Assembly: GCA_964016885.1 (NCBI GenBank)
Contig: OZ024758.1
Location: 32,612,001 to 32,676,000 of the forward strand
Source: Eledone cirrhosa
Lineage: Eukaryota
Length of the DNA: 64,000 bases
Reading direction: 5' to 3'
A model generated the notes under the pieces. The model was not told the DNA's origin. It saw only the letters and a list, made by a program, of their open reading frames with translations, and ran no database searches. Of this stretch, positions 37,939-48,917 are shown one piece after another. Made by a program: the position numbers and the translations under genes. Position 1 is the stretch's first letter. Each line of letters starts with the position of its first letter.

Positions 37939-39000
37939 TGTAGGTCAATAATAATAAAAGTACAATTAATATATTGAAATAAAAGATCAAATTGATCAAT
38001 TAGGAATAGGAGTTCACTCTTTTAGATTGGATTGGATTGGATTGGAATCAGCCAAAAGAAATGATGGCGCATTATCAAATACAAATAATTACTATTGCTG
38101 CATAAATGATCTGATTATTAGAATATTTAATTTACACAATGTAGAATTGGCTGACTGGTTAAGTTGTTTTCACTTTGCTGAAGTTGTTTGGGAACTTTGT
38201 TACTGTCACTACACTGTGGCCAACTTAAAATACTTAGCTCCCTTGTCTGCTTCTTAATTTTCCTTCTGTTCTTCTTCTCCTCTTGTTCGATGGGGCTGGG
38301 ATTATCCTAGGCCAGAGATCCCAGAGGCATCATCATATGTAGAGCCACCCAGGTCCACCAGTGCCCTCCATCACAGGCAGTCCTGTGCTAGCTCCTCTGC
38401 ATCCTCCAAGGTGACATCAAGCCTTTGGAGATCTTCCTTAATCACATCCAGCCATGGGGCCCCTCATTCAGTAGATTGACTGCATCAAACGAGAGTAAGG
38501 CCCTCCCTTGTGCTAAACAGAAATATAGGCAAGAAATTACAGAGACTGAATCAGTAGCAGAGCACAAACCTAGGTGAAAAGTGTGATATCCAGAATCGTA
38601 GGAAACTGGTGAGGATCTGCATAGGCTACAATACATGAAAAAGGAGAGTTCATGTAATGTTAAATAACCTAACTGCTTAACTCTCGCCTGTTGGAGGTAG
38701 AAAATGAATAGTAGTTTAGTTATTTGAATCAAAGCTAGCAAGAAGCAAGGGGTAAACTTTTACAAATGTATTTTATATAGAAATAATATAGACTTAAGAA
38801 ATATACTCAGAGATACATGCTGCGAGTTAAAATCATGAAGTTTTATTGGAATTACACCCTAGTAAAGAGAAAAAAAAACACTATTATCTAATTAACTAGC
38901 TCTGGTCAAGAAAGACATTGGAGACAATCCTGGGATGTTAAATTATTCAAATATAGAATGCAGTGAGGAGTGAGTCAGATGTTCAACAGTTTAGGGACAA

Positions 39001-39041
39001 CTCCAGACATGTTTTGGTCTCATTAAACATCATCAGTGAAG
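39001..39041 (-). ncRNA. Minimal hammerhead ribozyme-like motif (degenerate)
   Basis: Minus strand: cttca CTGATGA t gttt aatg agac c aAAA catg TC tggag. Confidence 0.5.
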
Positions 39042-40134
39042 CATAGTCTAACCATGATTACTATATCTTAAACTAGTTGGAGAAGATATAGGATTTTCAT
39101 GAATGATCAGTGAGTGGCAGGATAACCTAAATGAATGTAAACATGTTCAGCTAAAACTAATAACTTCACCAAAACTAAGGTTTCTTTTGGACCTTTATAT
39201 ATCAATCATAGATGGTGAATTGGCAGAGTCATTAGAATGTGAATAGAATGCTTTACAGTATTTGTTCTTGCTCTCTGTACTCTGAGTTTAAATCTTGCCA
39301 AGGTCAACTTTCCAAGATCCATAAATAAAGTACCAGTCTAATACTGGGTTTCATTCTGTGTCTCTTTCTTACTTTCTTCTTGCGTTCTCTGGAAGAAATT
39401 GACTATGTTCAGGCCTGAAGAGGGATATACTTAAATGTTAGGTTTAAATGTCATGATGACACAGCTACGGCTCCATCAGGAATTCAGGGGCCCATGGATG
39501 GATTGATATGAATTGTACAACATATCCTTGGTATAATATTTCTTAGTTAAGCTTCCTACAACAGATTATGTTCTTCCATTTCCAGCTATGAAACTAATCA
39601 CCTGATATAATTACCACAGTATAAACTATATGACAGAATTACTTCAGTATAAATTGCTTTTGCTCACTACTTCAAGTATATTAACACCCACAACTGTTGA
39701 TGCAACTCTATTTTCCCTCCAATCATTCATTTTCGTTAGAACATATTTATTTTTTTATCGCAGTACGTCTGAATGAAAAGTGTTTAAAATTTAAACTTCT
39801 TAAATAAGTTTCGATATGATTGGAGTGTATAGTGTAAGGAAGGGACATGTTTTTATTTTTCATTCCATTAGTGCTTTACTGATTGTGTTTTTCTCTAATC
39901 TACTACAAACCCTTCATAGATTAACAGGAGATGTGCAGTGTATTACCAAGGGGCTAACGTGACTGGTAATGATTGTCATTGGTAACTAGTGCTACGATCA
40001 TTACTGATTGTTTTTGGTGTTTAAATACAAAAGTGTGTTGTAATAACTTTATATGTATATTATATATATTATATAATATATATATATATTATATATGAAA
40101 TATAAGAATCAAAGAACTGTTCAAAACATTTTTG

Positions 40135-40181
40135 TGCTTACAACTGTTTCCTCCAAACCGAGGTTTGGATTCTTCGGAGCA
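40135..40181 (-). ncRNA. Hammerhead ribozyme-like motif in a ~210-bp TA-flanked insert (probable Penelope pLTR remnant)
   Basis: Minus strand: tgct CcGAAGA a tccaaacc tc ggtttgga g GAAA ca gt tg TA agca; all three stems pair, one core U>C change. Confidence 0.6.
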
Positions 40182-40588
40182 ATTTATTAATGAATGGACA
40201 GTTATATGACCTCCTTTTCACCCAAGAGACATACAGATACATACGCAAATATTGTGGGTCAACATTCATTACAGCATTTAGAGTGGCAGTACACACTTAG
40301 AGATTACATTCATATATATTATATATATATTATATTTAATATATATATATAATATATATATATAATTGTGGTGAGTGTTCCGTAGACCCATACGAACGTG
40401 TGTATATGTGTGCATGTATGTATATATATACGTACTGCTGTGCATCTGTACACATATATGTGTGTACGTATACATACTTATATTTAGGTATCAGCCGTAC
40501 TAAGAGTGAGAAATGAAATTTCGTTTCATTCTTTTCCACATATATATATAATATATATACATATTATATATATATATTATATATATAT

Positions 40589-40647
<59 letters not shown>

Positions 40648-40651
40648 ATAT

Positions 40652-43195
40652 GAATTTCTGAAAGCAAACCTGCTGTTGGCGACAGACGAGGTCTGTGGCT
40701 GGAGCAGGCCTGTAGGCAGGAGGAGAGTAACATGGTGGTGGAACAGTAAGGTGGAGGGGTCAATTAAGGCCAAAAAGCAGGCTTGGAAAGTATGGCGGGA
40801 TGGGGGAAGTAGAGAGGACTATCAAGTGGCCAGGAGGGAAGCTAGGAGACAAGTGTACTTAGCAAGAAGGGAAGCTGAGGAAAGAAAGTTCAAGCATGTT
40901 CTACAACGCGATGACCAAAAACGTGAGGTGTTCAGGATTGCTAGGCAATGCGTCAAGGAAAACCGTGATATTGTCGGGGAGAAGTGTGTACTAAACGACG
41001 ATGGCACACTTGCCATCACCGACGCTGATAAGAAGGTAGCTTGGAAGTGTCACTATGAAAGGCTACTAAATGAGGAGAATAATTGGGAGAAAGGCAGTCT
41101 CCCCCATATCGACCCAATAGAGGGACCAGCAGTGTTAGTCGAGGGGAGTATAATAAGTAAGGCAATCAAGGATATGAAGACGGGTAAGGCGGCTGGGCCT
41201 TCGGAAATAGTTGCTGAGATGCTGAAGGCATCTGGCACGGTGGGACACACCATGGTCACCCGCATAGTTAACCAAGTCGTACAGAATGGGGTTGTTCCGA
41301 AGGACTGGCATAGCAGCATCATCGTTAACTGTTATAAGGGTAAAGGAGACGCCCTAGATAGGAGTAACTATAGAGGCATTAAATTAATCGACCAGGTCAT
41401 GAAGGTCACGGAAAAAGTAATAGCGCAACTAATCAGAGAGAGAATTGACCTAGATGAAATGCAGTTCGGGTTTGTGTCAGGCAAAAGTACCACAGACGCT
41501 CTTTTCATAGTACGACAACTACAGGAGAAGTACCTAGCTAAAGGTAAACCCCTCTACTTAGCTTTTGTCGACTTGGAGAAAGCCTTCGACAGAGTCCCCC
41601 GCTCCATTATCTGGTGGGCTCTTAGAAAACTAGGCGTTGACGAATGGCTTGTGAGGGCTATACAAGCCATGTATAAAGAAACAGTCAGCAAGGTTAGAAT
41701 TAACAACGAATATAGTGAAGAGTTTAGCGTAAAAGTTGGCGTCCATCAGGGCTCTGTTCTCAGCCCACTACTATTTATTATTGCCCTTCAGGCTATAACA
41801 GAGGAGTTCAAGACAGGCTGCCCATGGGAACTCCTATACGCAGACGACCTGACACTCATAGCGGAATCAATGGCCGAGCTAGAGAAGAAATTCCAAACAT
41901 GGAAGCACGGCCTAGAGTCAAAAGGACTTAAAATTAACCTGGCTAAGACCAAAGTACTAGTTTGTAGGAAAGAAAACAAGGCGGCGGTCCCTTCTGGGAA
42001 ATGGTCGTGCTCGGTGTGTAGGAAAGGCGTAGGTAGAAACTCCATTTTATGTCCTAAATGCAAAGTATGGGTGCATAAAAGATGTAGTGGGATCACAGGT
42101 AAGCTAACTAAGAACATAGATTTTACATGTGGCCGGTGCTCTGGTGCAATAAGTAGCAGCAAGTGCCCACAAAATACTAGCTCTTTCAATTGCGCAGAGG
42201 GTTCTATAGAAATAGTGGACAGCTTCCGTTACCTGGGCGATAAAATCAGCAGTGGGGGAGGGTGCTCTGAAAGTACTGTAGCTAGAGTCAGAACTGGTTG
42301 GAAAAAGTTCAGAGAGCTTATACCACTATTAGCTGCTAAAGGGTTCTCACTAAAAATGAAAGGCAGGTTGTACGATGCCTGCATACGAACAGCAATGCTG
42401 CATGGCAGTGAGACCTGGGCATTGTGTGCAGAGGATATACGCAGACTAGAGAGGAACGAAGCTTGCATGCTCCGCTGGATGTGTAACAGTAATATACGTG
42501 AACGGCAAAGCATAAACGAACTAAGGAAAAAATTAGAGATAAGAGGGATCAGATGTTGTTTACTCGAGAGAAGGCTACGTTGGTATGGACACGTGATGCG
42601 CATGAAAGTCGATAGCTGTATAACAAAGTGCAGGGCAATAAAGATAGACGGTAGTCACGGAATAGGCAGACCTAGAAAAACCTGGGACGAGCTGATAAAC
42701 TCCGACCTCACACACTTACACCTCTCCAAGACAATGTCACTGGACCGAGACCTTTGGCGGTACTCAGTAACAGAGAAGACCCGCCTTACCTAAATATATA
42801 GTAAAACCTACTCCAGCCAGTAGGCATCTCTAACAAAATACACCCCGTCCCACCACCACCACCCCCACCCGATCCACACCACCCCGTTCTATGTAAAGTT
42901 ATGTTGGTGCCGCGCCATCGAGGCCGAAACAAATGAGATCGTGTAGGTGTCACGACAAAAAAACACACAGTCCACGCTGTAATGTGGCCGTGTAGGCAAC
43001 ACGGTAAAAACTTCCCAGACCCACACTGTAAATGTGGTTGGTGTTAGGAAGGGCATCCAACTGTAGAAAACCTGCCAGACAGTCCTATGCGAGCAAGACA
43101 ATCACTCTTGCCTCAAGTGGGACTACCCCCGTCCAAACCCATGCAAGCGTGGAACACGGACGTTAAACGTTGATGATGATGATGATGATGATGAT
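40652..43195 (+). mobile_element. Young RTE LINE, 5'-truncated (endonuclease missing), inserted in (TA)n
   Basis: Uninterrupted frame from 40652 to 42793, ~400-bp 3'UTR, (GAT)n tail, (TA)n on both sides. Confidence 0.97.
40676..42793 (+). CDS. RTE-clade reverse transcriptase ORF (N-terminally truncated) with an internal PHD-type zinc finger
   Basis: NYRGIKL, QFGFVSGKSTTDA, FVDLEKAFDRV, GVHQGSVLSPLLF, LLYADDL, GLKIN..KTK, C4HC3 insert, FRYLG, RRLRWYGHV, GRPRKTW. The annotated start is a TTG, not a real start. Confidence 0.93.
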   Translation: MATDEVCGWSRPVGRRRVTWWWNSKVEGSIKAKKQAWKVWRDGGSREDYQVARREARRQVYLARREAEERKFKHVLQRDDQKREVFRIARQCVKENRDIVGEKCVLNDDGTLAITDADKKVAWKCHYERLLNEENNWEKGSLPHIDPIEGPAVLVEGSIISKAIKDMKTGKAAGPSEIVAEMLKASGTVGHTMVTRIVNQVVQNGVVPKDWHSSIIVNCYKGKGDALDRSNYRGIKLIDQVMKVTEKVIAQLIRERIDLDEMQFGFVSGKSTTDALFIVRQLQEKYLAKGKPLYLAFVDLEKAFDRVPRSIIWWALRKLGVDEWLVRAIQAMYKETVSKVRINNEYSEEFSVKVGVHQGSVLSPLLFIIALQAITEEFKTGCPWELLYADDLTLIAESMAELEKKFQTWKHGLESKGLKINLAKTKVLVCRKENKAAVPSGKWSCSVCRKGVGRNSILCPKCKVWVHKRCSGITGKLTKNIDFTCGRCSGAISSSKCPQNTSSFNCAEGSIEIVDSFRYLGDKISSGGGCSESTVARVRTGWKKFRELIPLLAAKGFSLKMKGRLYDACIRTAMLHGSETWALCAEDIRRLERNEACMLRWMCNSNIRERQSINELRKKLEIRGIRCCLLERRLRWYGHVMRMKVDSCITKCRAIKIDGSHGIGRPRKTWDELINSDLTHLHLSKTMSLDRDLWRYSVTEKTRLT

Positions 43196-43209
43196 ATATA
43201 TTATATATA

Positions 43210-43241
<32 letters not shown>

Positions 43242-44322
43242 TATAGGAGCAAATTTTGGAATAGAATAGAAAGAACTAGGAATAAGGTTAATAGAATAAA
43301 CTCATGGTATGATAGCAATAAATACCAGAGTATAATGTTCATCAATACAACCCCTAGAGGTGAATTAGCTTACAAATTTAGAAGAGCCCTAGATAAACAT
43401 AAACTCAATATTAAGATAGTAGAAAGACCAGGTACCTCCATAAAAACACTTATTAGCAATACATACCTTTTCAAAGACCTCCCTGTATAGATAAGAAATG
43501 CATAATCTGTAAACTAAGCCCCCATATTAACTGTAAAACTAGAAATGTAGTATATAGCATAAGATGTACTGAAGGACAATGTAAAGATAAGAATATAGTG
43601 TACATAGGTGAGACAGCTCGTAGTATAGGAGAATGGTTAAATGAACACTGGCGAGAGCTTCAAGATAGTAAAGAATCATCTGTACTCTACCAACAGGCTA
43701 AAATAGAACATAAGGGCAAATTAGAGAACATAGAAATAAAAATAGAATCTACACACAGAAAAGACGCAATGTTTAGACAAATCACAGAGGCAATAAACAT
43801 AAATGAACTCCAACCAAAATTAAATAGAAAACATGAATGGAATAGCAACATCACAACTTACAATTAAGGACAAAATGAAAACACACACACACACACATAG
43901 AACAAACAACCAACCAGTAACATGTAAATAAACAAATAAATAAACAAATAAAAACACACACAGACACCCGGATGTAACACATGCGCAAACTAAGAACACA
44001 GCACACACAAAAACAAGATGGCGTAGGACAGAATAAAGGAGAGGCACAAAAACAAAGAAAAGAATCCCCAGTCACTGAAGAGGTCACAGAATGTGTGACG
44101 AAAGAACTTTGACAATATATGAACAACCATCCGGTTGTGGAACCAACCAACCGGAAATTTATAAATTCTTAAATTTATAAATTTAATTTATAATAAATTG
44201 AAGTGAAAGCCACTGGTGCGTGTGTTTCTTATTGGCAACATGACGCTCCAAAAGTATAACAATATCGGTTTCAACACACGTTTTCAGATAAAGAATCTTG
44301 CCAAACAAATTCAGAAACGAAA
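43242..44322 (+). mobile_element. Penelope-like element 3' part (GIY-YIG and pLTR), related to 26214-27540
   Basis: YRSK.W, MFINTTP.GELA, CKTRNVVYSIRC...C, YIGETARS, RQITEA, LNRKHEW; one frameshift near 43480; flanked by (TA)n. Confidence 0.88.
44071..44113 (+). ncRNA. Minimal hammerhead ribozyme-like motif in the Penelope pLTR
   Basis: gtca CTGAAGA g gtcaca gaatg tgtgac GAAA g aa c TT tgac; sense to the element, ~200 bp after the GIY-YIG stop. Confidence 0.65.
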
Positions 44323-44514
44323 TATATATATATATATATAAACAGCAATAACACTAACCATGTTAGGGCTGAGCACGGTAGCGGGGTGGCTGGTGTGGCC
44401 ATGTGTGAGAACCCTCCGACCGTCATCAAGCAATCGCACAACAACAGCAACACCAAGAACTGCAACACCAACCACAACAACAACAACAACAACAAGATTA
44501 TGAAGACATCACAT

Positions 44515-44575
44515 CTCAGAGGTAGATCTGGTGAAATAGCGGAGATGGTGGAGAGAAGGCATGTGGATGCGTGCA
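44515..44575 (+). pseudogene. Short RTE endonuclease N-terminal fragment
   Basis: LRGRSGEIAEMVERRHVDAC resembles the start of RTE APE domains. Confidence 0.5.
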
Positions 44576-44704
44576 AGACTAATTGCAGGTAGAATAGATT
44601 AGATTAGTTGTAGACGGGAGACTAATGACAATCATCTCTACCTAAGCCCCCCAGGACAGCTCGAGGATGGATACACTGGAGTACATACATATACATATAC
44701 ACAT

Positions 44705-44743
<39 letters not shown>

Positions 44744-44841
44744 AAATGTGTGAGGTCCTTGGTACAGTTAGGTATATTAAAAAAAGAAAAGAATCACTTC
44801 ACTTGTAGTGTTAAATAATTTGATTTAATTTTATAATATTG

Positions 44842-46190
44842 TAATATTATGAGTTGGTAGATCCAGTAAGTTCTTTGTTAACTTTGGCGGGAAGAATTTT
44901 AAAGATTCCTGGTTAACTTTGTTGGAGAACTTTCTCGCATTCGTTGATGGCGATTGTCAAACTGAGATCAGGTTGTGTTGAGATGTGTGACTATATATAA
45001 GAGAGATTTGGATATGTGTGGGGTGGGGTGTTAATGAGTGTTGATGAAGATTTGGAGGAATTAAAGCATACACACACAGACACACATACAGACACATATA
45101 TATATATACACTCAGAAAATGGTGAGGTTGCAAGATAAGGGTGTTTGAGAAGCTGGTTGTAAACATCCCCTCCTGCTGGTTTTATTTCATTAGCTGACCT
45201 TTGATGAGTTTATAATGGCATAGCTGAATCAACTCTCTTAAATCTATAAAGAATATCTTCTACAAATTTCTTATCAAAGATGAATTTTGGTGCTTGTCTG
45301 GATTTTAATGAGGTGTAAGATACATATCTTTTGATAAGAATGGGATGACAGGAAAAAGAGAAAAGTTTGGGAATATTGGTTTGTGAGAAGAAGTGCGGGG
45401 GGACATGCTGGCTCACATATTCACTTCTCTATATGTAAATATATTTACAGTCAATATATACTACATACAAACACACACATATTAACACACACACACATGC
45501 ATATATATATATATATATACACGCACACATGCATACACCCACACATACATGTACATACATACGTATACACATAAACACACATATATATATATATATATAT
45601 ATACACGCACATATATATATACACATACATATACACACACATATATATATACACACACACACACATATATATACACACATATACACACACACCTATATAT
45701 ATATATATATGTATATATATAAAAAAAGTAAGTCTATAGAATCATTAGATAAAATATATACACAGTGTTTCTTCTCCCAATCAGCATAATTAACCCCATA
45801 AAAAATCATTTAAACAAGGCTATAAGTTTAAAATATAATTATGAAGAAATAATAGATAAATAAATGATAGCCTTTTATCCGCGATTCACAGCCACAGAAG
45901 ATTTACCTAGTATTTCTGATAGCCTGTAGAAATTGACTAGATATATAGTTAACCATACATAATTAGGTACAAAACCAAAGTTAGAAGAAAAAATGTACAT
46001 AAACATACCAAAATCATTAAATGATTATTTAATTAATTAATTCGTCATTTAGCCACACCATGAATGGTTGCCAAAAACATATATATATATATATATATAT
46101 ATGGCTCTGTCTAGTTTATGTATATGTAAACCTCTATATTTTATATACTCCCGTAAGGTTGAGTAAAACTTTAGGCAGTATTTCTGAGTG

Positions 46191-46262
<72 letters not shown>

Positions 46263-46453
46263 CTTTAATTCCTCCAAATCTTCATCAACATCTCTCTTAT
46301 ATATAGTCACACATCTCAACACAACCTGATCTCAGTTTGACAATCGCCATCAACGAATGCGAGAAAGTTCTCCAACAAAGTTAACCAGGAATCTCTAAAA
46401 TTCTTCCCACCGAAGTTAACAAAGAACTTACTGGATCTACCAAATCAATATTA
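44842..46453. repeat. Dispersed inverted repeat (arms ~44842-45118 and ~46179-46453) around microsatellite-rich DNA
   Basis: ~150 bp near-perfect reverse complement (ggtagatccagtaagttc...gactatatataagagagat versus atctctcttatatatagtc...gaacttactggatctacc), extending through (CA)/(TG) tracts. Confidence 0.9.
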
Positions 46454-47762
46454 TCTATATATCTAAGGGGGGTGGATTGGTAGTATCGGTAGACGGTCGG
46501 ACGCCATGCTTTGATGCATAGAGTTATGGCCCTTGCCATTCTGAGTTCAAATCCCGTCGAGGTTAACTTTGCCTTTCATCCTTACGGTGTCGATAACATA
46601 AAGTACCAGTAATGCACTGGGTTATTGCTGGCCTTGTGCCAAAAGTAGAAACACTTATCTATATATCTAAAACAGAGAATATCTGTCTGTCTGTCCAATC
46701 ACTAAAACTCGAGAACCAACCAACCGACTGTTTTCAAACTTTACACATGTAATACTTATGGTCCTGTGAGTGTTTTGAGCAAAAACAATCTCAAATTTTC
46801 AATGCTCTAGGGACCGCATTAAGCGATCTCTCTCTATATCCTTAGTCTTTCTCTTTTTAGATAGATACATAGATATAACGTTGCGCCCTTATAATATCTG
46901 TCTGTATGCCTGGCTGTCTGCATTACAACATTATGACGTAGCTGTGTATGTGTGTGTGTGTATATATGTATATATAGTGTGTGTGTATATATATAGTGTG
47001 TAACACAGATTGATTTTTTTTTAGTTTCAGAAGATCCCGTTAAGGGTGAAAGCAGCTATTCTTTGCTTAAACTTTAATCTGTTATTTAAATATATAATAT
47101 AAGCGAGGCAAGCCAGCCCAGTTGCCACTTCTTGCCCATAAACATTAACCCTTTGTGCACCATTCATCTAACTAAACGGAACGCTGACAAGAACGATCGC
47201 AAATGAATCTTCGAGGTAAGCAGTTTCCTCCCGAGCTGTTACTTCACGCGGGATTCTCTGCTACACCTTTTCGTAATAATACCGAACAACCTACTGCTGG
47301 TCACTCCTTCCTCCAAAAGCTGTACAAAGCGGACATGTGCATCGGGCAGATGGATCTGGTGCAAATCTACACCAGGCCTACGCGAGAAATTCGCAAGGGA
47401 CTGCACCGAGAGGGATAGAGAGAAAGAGTAACTTAGTGAAAAGAGTGTGAATGAACTTTTGAGGTAAGTAGTCTACGCCTTACTGCTATTGCACTGGAAC
47501 CTTCTGCCAACTTAACCTGTTACATTTACTCCAAAAGGCCAAAACAGAGGAGTATGAAAAGAAGGGGCTCAACAATATTTCTATGAACAATGCATGTAGA
47601 CAGCTAAACTGTACTTTCAACTTCTTAATTTTCTCCAAATAAAACAAGTTTCCCGTCGATATATTTTCGTGAGTTTTTAACAGGCACTTACAAATAAACG
47701 TTTCTCATTGGAGGTGCTGTAACCAATGTTCTTACCCGTGCAATGCCGGGATACACTGCTAG
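46454..47762 (+). mobile_element. Non-autonomous Helitron (family C) with a SINE inserted at its 5' end
   Basis: a|TCTATATA start, cccgtgcaatgccggg hairpin at 47735-47750, CTAG|t end at 47759-47762. Confidence 0.75.
46467..46654 (+). mobile_element. tRNA-derived SINE with 16-bp TSD
   Basis: TSD ttatctatatatctaa at 46451-46466 and 46655-46670; A box tggtagtatcgg, B box gttcaaatccc. Confidence 0.92.
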
Positions 47763-48019
47763 TAATATATATATATATATAAAGTAAAAGTAATTTTAAT
47801 ATCAACAAGCATGCAAGGCAAAAATTAAATTTCTAGATATAGGAGAAGCAAATCAAAGAAGTAAAGATATGCAAAGATGCACTGTTACACAATATAGAGA
47901 TAAGTTGAACAGGATTTAATACAACACTGAACTTATGAAATACATACCCCCGCCCCTTTTTTTTTCATGTTTTTATTGACATTCAAATACACCGTTGTGG
48001 AAACAAATGTCCAAACAAG

Positions 48020-48076
<57 letters not shown>

Positions 48077-48628
48077 AAGAATATAGAGGAGTAAGTCATG
48101 TGTATATTTTGTATATGATCATCATCCTCATGTATATATACTTGTGTGTATATATATCTATCTATATACATATGTATTATACACTAACATGCATACATAT
48201 ATATATATATAAAAGAACATAGAGCAGTAACTCATAATGTGTTCTTGTGTGTATATATGAGCACATTTGATTAAATTCACACACAACACTCAGATACATT
48301 CAAACATACATGTTTATATACACATAAGTATACACATAATTCCTTTTCTCTTTTATTTTATAGAAATATATAAAACCAAATAGTAAGATAAAGTACATAA
48401 TGTATTGAGGTTTATTTCAGGGATCAATGCCATTCGGAAGAAATCATATTGAAGCAGCTCATAATTTAGATTTTGAAAATATTGGTATTAACTTAGTTTC
48501 AGGGGAAAATCAAACTACCGGAATATCTATTGTTAAAATAAAGATGGTTTGAAAAACATCAATGATGTAATAAGAATGTATATGAAGGCACATGTCTTTG
48601 AAATAGGAGAGTATAGTAAGGTATATAG

Positions 48629-48917
48629 CAGTCATGGGCAAACTGTGGTCCGTAAAGCTCTCTCAATGGCTCGCCTAAGTCACCTATGTGAAATCTTTCC
48701 GATTTTTTAACCTCAACTTTTCATTCGCAATTTATCTTTCTATCATTTTTATGATCGAGCCAAACGTGTACAAATTCTGAGGAAAGAAATCAAAACAACC
48801 TGAGTTACCACCCTTTTTTTTTAATGTGGGCACAAATGTAAATTAGCGCTTGCGGCCCACCTGATGATGAGCCATATCTCATGTGGCCCGCTTCTCGAAA
48901 ACAGTTGCCCATGCCTG
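48629..48917. mobile_element. hAT-type MITE
   Basis: TIRs cagtcatgggcaa / ttgcccatgcctg; degenerate 8-bp TSD gtatatag / gtttatac. Confidence 0.75.

Noticed and set aside
44345-44450. HDV-like ribozyme upstream of the RTE endonuclease fragment
   Set aside because: The segment is GC-rich but I could not build the nested double pseudoknot by eye.
45383-46329. Cys/Val/Tyr/Ile or His/Thr-rich ORFs (also at 4.5, 9.4, 14.8, 48.0 and 60.0 kb)
   Set aside because: Translations of (TA)n, (CA)n and (TG)n microsatellites.
47203-47418. Rep/helicase remnant or captured gene inside the Helitron
   Set aside because: 71-aa ORF with no recognisable motif.
48855-48905. ctgatga...gaaa as a fifth hammerhead
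   Set aside because: No convincing stems I and II, and it lies in the subterminal region of a hAT MITE.
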